Positions 1-8,102 of a stretch of DNA of 64,000 bases are shown here, piece by piece. A model generated the notes under the pieces. The model saw only the letters and a list, made by a program, of their open reading frames with translations. It searched no databases and was not told where the DNA came from. Position numbers and translations under genes: made by a program. The stretch comes from Clostridia bacterium (GTDB lineage: Bacteria; Bacillota; Clostridia; Monoglobales; Monoglobaceae). The stretch is from the NCBI GenBank assembly GCA_017620615.1, contig JAGAUW010000012.1, positions 30,221 to 94,220 of the forward strand, given 5' to 3'. Position 1 is the stretch's first letter; each line of letters starts with the position of its first letter.

Positions 1-633
1 TTGACAAAGAACAACATCGGCACCGCTTCTCACCATTGCACGGCAAGCTCTGTGGAGTCTTGGTGATGGATATTGACAGTGTTCTTTTCCACCATGGTAA
101 ATAACGATGACGCGGTCGTTTTCTTTTTTGGCATTTGCTATATCTTCAATGGTGTTATACTCATCATAAGGACGTGAACCCATTCTGTCTTCAAGGGCAT
201 ATGAATATTCGTGTTCGCACACGGCAATGATAGCAACCTTTTCGCCGTCCTTCTCAAATACTATATTTTTTCTTGAGTCTTCATAGTTGTCACCAAAACC
301 GGTATATGAAATGCCGGACTTGTTCAGAATTTCAAATGTGTCTTTTACACCCTGCCTTCCAAGGTCAAAAAAGTGGTTGTTGCTTAAGCCACAACAGTTT
401 ACACCGATTTCTGCAAGAACATCAGCGACTTTAGGAGATGCCTTGAGTGCAGGACCGAATTTTTCGATTTCTTTTTCGCTTTCTGTCAGAACACATTCAA
501 GATTGACAAAGCTTATATCATTTCCCTGAAAAACAGGCAGTGTATCCGTAAAGAGTTTTTCGGTCTATTTTTTTTCGAATAATGGATTTGTTTTGGTAGT
601 TGGTGAAAGGTCACCGAGAAGTAATGCTTTCAT
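1..633 (-). pseudogene. CapA-family (capsule/poly-gamma-glutamate synthesis, metallophosphoesterase-like) gene; 3' end runs off the window; in-frame TAG at 565-567
   Basis: Own reverse-strand translation from ATG 633: MKALLLGDLSPTTKTNPLFEKK*TEKLFTDTLPVFQGNDISFVNLEC...DRVIVIYHGGKEHCQYPSP...RSGADVVLCQ. CapA-like N-terminus and GAD-VV motif. There is one premature amber codon, with the same frame on both sides. Confidence 0.55.
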
Positions 634-693
634 AAATGTAACTCCTATTTTGATTTGAATTTGATGTTGATATTAAGAATATTCATAATAAGT

Positions 694-1687
694 TTAGCAC
701 GAGAATTGCCAGATTGTCAAGCCAAGTGCAACACTTTTGTTAATAAACTCAACCGGCGATAAATATCCCAAGCATTTACGAGGTCTGTTGTTGATTAATG
801 AAACGACATAATCCAACTGTTCTTGTGGAAGATTACGAAAATCTGTACCTCTTGGAAAGAAAAATCGAATTAAGCTATTAATATTTTCGTTGCTGCCTCT
901 CTGCCAAGGCGAATGAGAATCAGCAAAGTAAATCGTTAACTCGTTTTCTTTTTCGATGGCTTTAAAACCAAGAAATTCAGTTCCATTGTCTAGTGTAAGT
1001 GTCAAAGGTTTTATCAGCTTTGATGACTTAGCAAAAGCAACTGAAAAGGCTTTGTTGATAACGGGAATGGTTTTATCCTTGCATTTAGCAGCTACAAGTA
1101 AGCGAGAACGCCTATCTATTGCTGTTACAAGATAACCTTTTCCAACAGAGCCATAAATTGTATCACCTTCAAAATCGCCGAAACGAGAACTATTATCTGC
1201 ATCAATTGGCCTATCGTGAATTGAACTGTCAAAGGAACGGGAATATGACTTCTTTTGATTAGAATAAGGCTTTGCCTTTCTCCTAAAATGAATCCACGGT
1301 TTAATGCCGGGGAATTGTCCTGTTCTTACAGCTCTGTAGATTGATGAAAATGAAAGTCTATCCGAATGCTCTGTGTTCCATCTACCTGCAATAATTTCAG
1401 GCGACCAATATTGTAGCAATCCATTGAGAGTAAATTGATACATTTCTTCATTGAGAAGCAAATGATTCTTTCTGTGGCAAGCTTTTCTGCGACAAACATA
1501 TTTAACATTCGCACCCCAAGCGTGATAACGATTTTTCTTTATTACTACAATTGCGCTTAAGTTCTCGACTAATGGTTGATGGACTTCTGCCCAGGATTTC
1601 TGCGATTTGCCTACAGCTTTTTCCTTTTTTTAACAAATCCTGTAGACAAATTCGTTCATCTAATGTAAAATGTGTATATGACTTCAT
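694..1687 (-). pseudogene. IS30-family DDE transposase, split into two frames
   Basis: N-terminal HTH ORF (1502-1687: ...CRQIAEILGRSPSTISRELKRN...) and DDE body (694-1461: ...FEGDTI...LDNGTEF...SPWQRGSNENIN...). The body frame is open back to the A5 run at 1531-1537, where a 1-nt shift separates the two parts. Confidence 0.8.
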
Positions 1688-1773
1688 ATAAACCTCCGTG
1701 TTATTGTATTTGTGGTTATTTACATTTTACACTAAAGTTTGTATGAAGTCTATTTTTTTTAGGTGTTGCACTT
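724..1773. mobile_element. IS30-family insertion sequence (~1.05 kb)
   Basis: 11-bp terminal inverted repeat AAGTGCAACAC (724-734) / GTGTTGCACTT (1763-1773) brackets the transposase reading frames. Exact ends and target duplication are not resolved. Confidence 0.65.
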
Positions 1774-1851
1774 AATATTATATATGAAAAACGCAAGACT
1801 GAAATCTTAAAGAAAGAAGATAATTTAATTATTAACGGAACTACATATTAC

Positions 1852-3249
1852 GTGAGCTGTGACGGTGATGACAGCAATGACGGAAAATCTCCTGAAACGC
1901 CCTGGAAGACGGTAAAACGTGTTAACGGCAGTTGGCTTTTTGAAGGCGATGCTGTTCTTTTCAGACGTGGAGATGTCTTTCGCGGCTGGCAGATAATAGC
2001 TAAGGCAGGGGTTACTTATGGCGCCTATGGTACAGGTGAAAAACCGAAGTTTTATGGACACACGGAAGACCTTGCTGACCCTAGGCTTTGGGAGGAATAT
2101 GATACAAAAAATCATATCTGGAAATATATAAAGAAAATTGCAAACCCGGGAACGTTGGTTTTTGACGATGGAACGGCTGTTGCAAGAAACCATATACCTT
2201 CATTCCGAAATCTTGGGTATGTGTGTCGTTATGATGAAACAAAGCCTTCTGTTATTGAAAATGAATTGACCGATGACTTGGATTTATTCTGGTATTTTGA
2301 CAGATTTTTGTCTTTCGGTGAATCCAAAGGCGAAAAATTCCCGGTTCCCGATGTGGGAGGAGCAGAGAAGCCGCCCACCCATACCGGTGATTTGTATCTC
2401 AGATGCAATAAAGGAAATCCGGGAGAAGTATTTAAAACAATCGAAGCGGTGGCGTATCAGATTGCATTCAATGTTTCAAACACACCAAATGTCACAATAG
2501 ATAATTTTTGTATAAAATACTATTGCTTTGCTGTGGCTGGCAGTGATGCGACAGGACTTCATGTGTCTAACTGTGAAATAGGATGGATAGGTGGTAATAT
2601 ACAGAGTTTTGATGGTAATGATCCCAATTATCCCGAAGGAAAGCGTGGTTCTGTTACAAGATATGGTAATGGGATTGAGATTTACGGTTCCTGCCATGAC
2701 TATATGGTTTCAAACTGCTATATTTATCAGAGCTATGATGCAGGAGCATCACATCAGGCGTGTATTGCAAGAAAAAAGACTATGACACATGTCCGCTACA
2801 CCGATAACCTCATTGAAAAATGTGTGTATGGTATTGAATATTTTTTGGATTCATACAACAAAGAGCTTGGAAGCTATATGGACGATATCATCATCAGTGG
2901 AAACATTATAAGGCTTTCGGGATATGGATGGGGACAACAACGACACAATGTCGACACACCTGCTCTTGTCAAAGGCTGGAGCTATGAAAACCCGGCAAGC
3001 AATTTCTCGATTTATAACAACATCTTTGACCGTTCGGCATACAGAATGCTCCATTTGGTTGCACGCAAAGAAGAATCCTGTCCCAAAATGCACGACAATA
3101 CATACATTCAGCACCTTGGGGGCATGATTGGTCAGTATGGTGCAAACGAAGTGAAAGAGCCTGCTATTGAGATTTTTGACGAAAATGCAGAGGAAAAGAT
3201 TCTCAACATTTTTGGCGACAAAAATGCAAAGGTTTATGTTATTGAATAA
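1852..3249 (+). CDS. Right-handed parallel beta-helix repeat protein (pectate-lyase fold); N-terminus probably truncated or displaced by the IS30 insertion
   Basis: 465-aa ORF with the YYVS.DG.D.NDG.S...PWKT opening typical of beta-helix proteins. The frame is open upstream to the IS end with no ATG. GTG start in the ORF track. Confidence 0.55.
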   Translation: MSCDGDDSNDGKSPETPWKTVKRVNGSWLFEGDAVLFRRGDVFRGWQIIAKAGVTYGAYGTGEKPKFYGHTEDLADPRLWEEYDTKNHIWKYIKKIANPGTLVFDDGTAVARNHIPSFRNLGYVCRYDETKPSVIENELTDDLDLFWYFDRFLSFGESKGEKFPVPDVGGAEKPPTHTGDLYLRCNKGNPGEVFKTIEAVAYQIAFNVSNTPNVTIDNFCIKYYCFAVAGSDATGLHVSNCEIGWIGGNIQSFDGNDPNYPEGKRGSVTRYGNGIEIYGSCHDYMVSNCYIYQSYDAGASHQACIARKKTMTHVRYTDNLIEKCVYGIEYFLDSYNKELGSYMDDIIISGNIIRLSGYGWGQQRHNVDTPALVKGWSYENPASNFSIYNNIFDRSAYRMLHLVARKEESCPKMHDNTYIQHLGGMIGQYGANEVKEPAIEIFDENAEEKILNIFGDKNAKVYVIE

Positions 3250-3272
3250 TAGGATATTTGATACAAAAGCAA

Positions 3273-3309
3273 CAGTCATAACCCGCGTTTCGGGTTATGA
3301 CTGTTTTTG
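3273..3309. terminator. Rho-independent terminator (13-bp perfect stem plus T-run)
   Basis: cagtcataacccg-cgttt-cgggttatgactg followed by tttttg, directly after the beta-helix gene. Confidence 0.8.
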
Positions 3310-3353
3310 CTATATACAACAAAAACGACTTGCGTGATACAAGTCGTTTTTTC

Positions 3354-3427
3354 TGGCTGCCGGACTAGGATTCGAACCCAGACAAACAGAGTCAGAGTCT
3401 GCTGTGCTACCTTTACACAATCCGGCA
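3354..3427 (-). tRNA. tRNA-Gln (anticodon CUG)
   Basis: 74-nt cloverleaf folded by hand: acceptor TGCCGGA/TCCGGCA (U1:A72), G73, CCA end, anticodon loop CTCTGAC, T-loop TTCGAAT. Confidence 0.85.
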
Positions 3428-3459
3428 ATATTAAATTCCTTGCTAAATAAAAAAGTATT

Positions 3460-3544
3460 TGGTGCGAGCAGTGGGACTTGAACCCACACGTCGGTTGACA
3501 CACGCCCCTCAAACGTGCCTGTCTGCCTATTCCAGCATGCTCGC
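3460..3544 (-). tRNA. tRNA-Leu (anticodon GAG), long variable arm
   Basis: 85 nt: acceptor GCGAGCA/TGCTCGC plus A-CCA, D region TGGAATAGGCAGAC, anticodon stem CACGT/GCGTG with loop TTGAGGG, long variable arm, T-loop TTCAAGT. Confidence 0.85.
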
Positions 3545-3662
3545 ATATCCAAACAGCTTTTATAGTATAATACGTTTTCATCTATTTGTCAATAGTTTTT
3601 TCAAAAAAAATTGTTTTATTTTTACTTTTTTTGAATATCCTTGTTATGGAGGCGATTATATT

Positions 3663-4136
3663 ATGAAACAACTAAAAACGTATGTGGTTTCAATCCTTAT
3701 TCCGCTATTGGTGGGTGGTTTTTCGGCGTTTCTTACCAGAGGGAATATGATGCTTTATGATGAAATAATAAAGCCACCTTTTGCGCCACCTACCATACTC
3801 TTCCCTATAGTATGGACGATTCTTTATATTCTTATGGGAATTGGTGCGGCAAGGGTTTATCTTAAACGTGATATTATGCCAAAAGAGGCAAGTAAGGCGA
3901 GGACTATTTACTTCCTGCAACTCGCAGTAAACTTTTTCTGGAGCCTGATATTTTTCAATCAGAGGGCTTTCCTTGCGGCTTTTTTGTGGCTTGTTATTCT
4001 GTGGGTGTTGATTATTTTGATGCTTGTAAAATTCCGCAAGGTGGATTTGCCGGCAGCACTGATAAATATTCCATATCTTTTGTGGGTGACATTCGCGGGA
4101 TATCTGACGCTTGCGATATATCTTCTTAACAGATAG
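3663..4136 (+). CDS. tspO: TspO/MBR family tryptophan-rich sensory protein
   Basis: MKQLKTYVVSILIPLLVGG...PPFAPPTILFPIVWTILY...FFWSLIFF...; five hydrophobic helices. RBS GGAGG lies 9 nt upstream of ATG 3663. The longer ORF-track start overlaps the tRNA. Confidence 0.85.
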   Translation: MKQLKTYVVSILIPLLVGGFSAFLTRGNMMLYDEIIKPPFAPPTILFPIVWTILYILMGIGAARVYLKRDIMPKEASKARTIYFLQLAVNFFWSLIFFNQRAFLAAFLWLVILWVLIILMLVKFRKVDLPAALINIPYLLWVTFAGYLTLAIYLLNR

Positions 4137-4166
4137 AAAAAAGAGGGGGAACACCCCCCTTTTTTA
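4137..4166. terminator. Bidirectional GC hairpin terminator between convergent tspO and the PTS gene
   Basis: aaaaaagaggggg-aaca-cccccctttttt. Confidence 0.7.
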
Positions 4167-5753
4167 TTTATCCAATGTTTCCAGATAGTCTTCGAAATTA
4201 CTTTTGATTACAGTTACACGTGGTCCATAGATAACCTGAACCCCAGAGCCGCTTTTTATTACACCAGATGCACCGCTTTGACGAAGAACGGCGTCTTTAA
4301 CCTTTGAACTGTCTTTTACGGTAACCCTGAGTCTTGTAGCACAACAGTCCACGTTTACAAGATTATCCTTGCCGCCAAGACCCTCAAGGATAAGAGGCGA
4401 TTTATCTTCCTTTGCGGCGTTGACGTCCTTCCTTGTATAAAGCTTGGTTTCTGACTCATCGTCTTCACGGCCGGGGGTGACGTAATTGAATTTTCTGATG
4501 AGATAACGGAAAAGGAAGTAATAAACAATGAAATAAATAATACCTACCCATATGATGTTTATCCAGTGGGTTTTGTCGTTGCCCTGCAAAATTCCAAAAA
4601 GGAAGAGGTCAATTACACCACCTGAGAATGTCATACCTACACCTACATCAAGGATGTGCATCAGCATAAACGATATACCGGCAAGCACGCTGTGGATGAC
4701 GTAAAGTATGGGTGCGACAAACAAAAAGGTGAATTCCAGAGGCTCGGTTATACCGGTCAGGATGGATGTGAGTGCTGCGGAGAGCAAAAGACCTCCGGCA
4801 ACCTTCTTTTTGGTGGGCTTTGCTACGGTGTACATTGCAAGTGCGGCACCGGGAAGACCAAATATCATAAACGGGAATTTTCCACTCATAAAGCGTGTCG
4901 CTTCAACCGAGAACTGAGTTGTGTTGGGTGACGCCAGCTGTGCAAAAAAGATGTTTTGCGCACCCTGAACGGTTGCTCCGTCGATAACCATGCTGCCGCC
5001 AAGTCCTGTCTGCCAGAATGGAATATAAAATACATGATGAAGACCAAAGGGAATAAGGCCTCTTTCTATAGTTCCATAAATAAGTGTGCCAAAATATCCT
5101 GAATTGAGAACCAGACCGCCCAATGAATATATTGCTCTTTGGATATACGGCCAGATAAAGTACATTGCAAGACCTACCAGTATATAAACAAAGGTGGATA
5201 TAATGGGGATAAATCTGACACCGCCAAAAAACGAAATAACGGTGGGTAACTGGATTTTGTAAAAACGGTTGTGAAGGGCCGCTACGCCGAGACCTACTAT
5301 TATACCGCCGAAAACACCCATCTGAAGAGATTGAATACCAACGACATTGGCAACCGTACCTTCAAGCATTGCACCTTCGGCAAGCTGACCGTTGAGGCGG
5401 AGTAGGGTGGATATTGTCTGGTGCATAACAAAGAAAGCTATTGCTGCCGAAAGAACGGCAGTTCCGTGCTCTTTTTCTGCCATACCCAAGGCAATACCCA
5501 GAGCAAAGATAAGTGGCAGATTTCCAAAGATAATATCACCGGTCTGGGCAAGTACCTGCATCACGGAATTTAAAAATGTGCCGGGACCTAAAATCGCGGT
5601 GAGATTGTACGCCTCAATTGTTGTGGTATTAGTAAGAGATGCACCGACCCCCAGAAGAAGCCCTGCAATGGGGAGAAGCGCAATGGGAAGCATAAAAGAA
5701 CGGCCGACTCTCTGGAGGACGCTGAATAGTCCGTTTTCGCCTTTAGATTTCAT
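4164..5753 (-). CDS. PTS glucose-family transporter subunit EIICB
   Basis: 529 aa. EIIC membrane domain (LPIALLPIAGLLLGVG...) and C-terminal EIIB with CATRLR active-site motif. Confidence 0.9.
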   Translation of the reverse strand: MKSKGENGLFSVLQRVGRSFMLPIALLPIAGLLLGVGASLTNTTTIEAYNLTAILGPGTFLNSVMQVLAQTGDIIFGNLPLIFALGIALGMAEKEHGTAVLSAAIAFFVMHQTISTLLRLNGQLAEGAMLEGTVANVVGIQSLQMGVFGGIIVGLGVAALHNRFYKIQLPTVISFFGGVRFIPIISTFVYILVGLAMYFIWPYIQRAIYSLGGLVLNSGYFGTLIYGTIERGLIPFGLHHVFYIPFWQTGLGGSMVIDGATVQGAQNIFFAQLASPNTTQFSVEATRFMSGKFPFMIFGLPGAALAMYTVAKPTKKKVAGGLLLSAALTSILTGITEPLEFTFLFVAPILYVIHSVLAGISFMLMHILDVGVGMTFSGGVIDLFLFGILQGNDKTHWINIIWVGIIYFIVYYFLFRYLIRKFNYVTPGREDDESETKLYTRKDVNAAKEDKSPLILEGLGGKDNLVNVDCCATRLRVTVKDSSKVKDAVLRQSGASGVIKSGSGVQVIYGPRVTVIKSNFEDYLETLDK

Positions 5754-5792
5754 AGTTTTTCATCCTTTCTGATTGTTGTTTCAAATGGAAAT

Positions 5793-6266
5793 TTAGATTT
5801 TATATGTCAAAGCAGGCGAGCCTGCTTTTGCTGATGCTGCCTCGAGTATTTTGAATTTGCGCATTTTTTCGTGGTTGGTTATGGCTACAACGGTTGTTGT
5901 GTTATAGCCTTTTTCTTTTATCAGTTCAAGATTTGCAGATGCGATGGCATCGCCCTGGGTAACTCGGTCACCTTTTTTCACCAATGGTTTGAAGCCTTTG
6001 CCTTTTAATTCAACAGTGTCTATACCTACATGCACTAAGATTTCAAGACCATCATCTGTAGTTATGCAATAAGCGTGAAGGGTTTCGGTGACATCGGTTA
6101 TTATGCCGCTTGCCGGACTGAAAAATTCGCCATTTACGGGGATTACTGCAAATCCATCTCCTAAAAATTTCTGGGAAAAAACCTGGTCCGGAACTTTGAC
6201 TATGTCGATTATTTTTCCGTTTGCTACGGAAGTGAGGGTTTTCTCTTTCTTAAAAAAACTGAACAC
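5793..6266 (-). CDS. crr: PTS glucose-family EIIA component
   Basis: 157 aa with the HVGIDTVELKGKGF histidine motif typical of EIIA-Glc. Confidence 0.88.
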   Translation of the reverse strand: MFSFFKKEKTLTSVANGKIIDIVKVPDQVFSQKFLGDGFAVIPVNGEFFSPASGIITDVTETLHAYCITTDDGLEILVHVGIDTVELKGKGFKPLVKKGDRVTQGDAIASANLELIKEKGYNTTTVVAITNHEKMRKFKILEAASAKAGSPALTYKI

Positions 6267-6280
6267 AAGAAGGACTCCTT

Positions 6281-7900
6281 TCAGGGAAGATTTATTATTT
6301 TTTCTCGAAGCTTCAATATATACGGGGGTGATACAGACAGCTCATCAATTCCCATATTAATAAATTTTTCGGTAAGTTCCATATCAGCACCAAGCTCGCC
6401 GCAGATGCCCACCCATTTCCCGCATTTGTGGGCGTTTTTCACTACCATTTCTATAAGCCGCAAAATTGCGGTGTGATGCGGGTTAAAAAATGGCTCTAAA
6501 GAGCTGTTTTGGCGGTCTATGGCAAGAGTGTATTGAGAAAGGTCGTTGGTCCCTATACTGAAAAAATCCACCTCAGGAGCAAGGAGGTCAGAGATGATAG
6601 CCGCTGCGGGGGTTTCAATCATTATTCCAAGTTGTATATTTTCGTTGAATGGGATGTTTTGACAGCGGAGCTCGTCTTTTGCCTCTTCAAAAATTTGCTT
6701 TGCTTTTTCGATTTCCTGAGGGGAGATTATCATAGGGAGCATAATAGAAATGTTTCCGTAAGCAGAAGCCCTAAGAAGTGCCCGAAGCTGAGTTTTGAAA
6801 ACGCAGGTATCGGTGAGACATATTCTGATGGCACGAAACCCGAGGGCAGGGTTTTCTTCTTTTGGGAGATTGAAATAATCTATCTGCTTGTCGGCTCCTA
6901 TGTCAAGTGTCCGCACAATCACAGGTTTTCCAAGCATCCTTTCGGCTACCTCTTTATATATGACAAACTGTTCATCCTCGGTGGGGAAATCCTTTCTCTG
7001 AAGATACAAAAATTCACTGCGGAAAAGACCTATACCTCCTGCGTCGTTCTGGATTACTGAGGCAAGGTCGGAGGGGCCGCCGATGTTTGCAAAAACATCT
7101 ATTTTTCGATTGGATTTTGTTATGTTGGGTTTTCCTTTGAGGTTTGAGAGAAGCTCAAGGCGTTCTTCCTCAAGGGCTTTTCGCTGCTTGAAATCGGCAA
7201 TTTTTTCGTCACTTGGATTTATGAAAACAGCACCGCTGTAACCGTCGAGGATTGCATTTTCGCCGTGGTGGGAACAAGGGATTTTGCCTGTACCGATTAT
7301 GGCGGGAATATTCATCGTCCGCGCAAGAATTGCGGTGTGTGATGAGGGAGAGCCGCCAAAGGTTACAAACCCTAAAATCTTTTCTTTATCAAGCTGTACG
7401 GTTTCGCTGGGTGTCAAATCCTCTGCTACAATTATTGAGGGTTCTGTGAGGAGATTTTTGTCTTTATCTTCACCCGAAAGCTTTGTAATCAGGCGGTTTG
7501 ATATGTCGTTTACGTCGCTGGCACGTGCCTTCATATATTCGTCATCCATTTCTGAAAATGACCTTGCAAAAATATCCGAGGTATAGCTGACGGCATATTC
7601 AGCATTTACCTTTTGATTTTGTATCATAGACCGTATTGCCCCGAAATAATCCTCATCATCCAGCATCATAAGATGAATCTGGAATATCTGGGCATTGGCT
7701 TCTCCAACTTCTGTGAGAGACTTTTTGTAGAGCACCTGAAGTTCTTCCTTTGCAGTATTCCGTGCAGCTTCAAATCGCAATATTTCAGCTCTTGTGTCGG
7801 AAATCTTCAGACGTTTTATTGTGGGGACGCTGCTGCTAAGAAAATGCAGTTTTCCCATTGATAATGCGTTATAGACACTTTTGCCGTTAAATTCAAGCAT
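6281..7900 (-). CDS. ptsI: Phosphoenolpyruvate-protein phosphotransferase (PTS Enzyme I)
   Basis: MLEFNGKSVYNALSMGKLHFL...GGSPSSHTAILARTMNIPAI...GTNDLSQYTLA. Start set at ATG 7900 (RBS AAAGGAAC). The ORF-track N-terminal extension to 8278 is AT-rich junk that overlaps the ATPase start. Confidence 0.92.
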   Translation of the reverse strand: MLEFNGKSVYNALSMGKLHFLSSSVPTIKRLKISDTRAEILRFEAARNTAKEELQVLYKKSLTEVGEANAQIFQIHLMMLDDEDYFGAIRSMIQNQKVNAEYAVSYTSDIFARSFSEMDDEYMKARASDVNDISNRLITKLSGEDKDKNLLTEPSIIVAEDLTPSETVQLDKEKILGFVTFGGSPSSHTAILARTMNIPAIIGTGKIPCSHHGENAILDGYSGAVFINPSDEKIADFKQRKALEEERLELLSNLKGKPNITKSNRKIDVFANIGGPSDLASVIQNDAGGIGLFRSEFLYLQRKDFPTEDEQFVIYKEVAERMLGKPVIVRTLDIGADKQIDYFNLPKEENPALGFRAIRICLTDTCVFKTQLRALLRASAYGNISIMLPMIISPQEIEKAKQIFEEAKDELRCQNIPFNENIQLGIMIETPAAAIISDLLAPEVDFFSIGTNDLSQYTLAIDRQNSSLEPFFNPHHTAILRLIEMVVKNAHKCGKWVGICGELGADMELTEKFINMGIDELSVSPPYILKLREKIINLP

Positions 7901-8102
7901 CGGTATTCGTTCCTTTCGGGAGTTTATAAATAAGTATTCGTAAATTATTATAAACAAAAAATACATAAACATACACAAAATACATATGTGATGTTTTTTA
8001 ATATTTTTAAAAGGACAAATTTTTATCATAAAACCTGCCTTGTCCGCATAGGATTTTTTAGGATTAAGTTTAAATGTACACCCGCAAACGGAGGCGTTTT
8101 TT

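Noticed and set aside
565-567. Stop-codon reassignment (TAG read as sense) as the explanation for the capA amber codon
   Set aside because: TAG clearly terminates other well-supported genes in the window (for example tspO at 4134-4136), so the window does not use a TAG-recoded genetic code.
1502-1540. Programmed ribosomal frameshift in the IS30-family transposase
   Set aside because: Joining the two frames needs a +1 (or -2) shift in a GAAAAAT run. IS30-family transposases are normally single ORFs and are not known to use programmed frameshifting. A 1-nt indel (decay or sequencing error) is the simpler reading.
3276-3662. ORFs 3276-3581(-), 3310-3552(-), and the 5' part of 3459-4136(+)
   Set aside because: They overlap the tRNA-Gln and tRNA-Leu genes and their terminators. 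tspO has a proper RBS and start at 3663.
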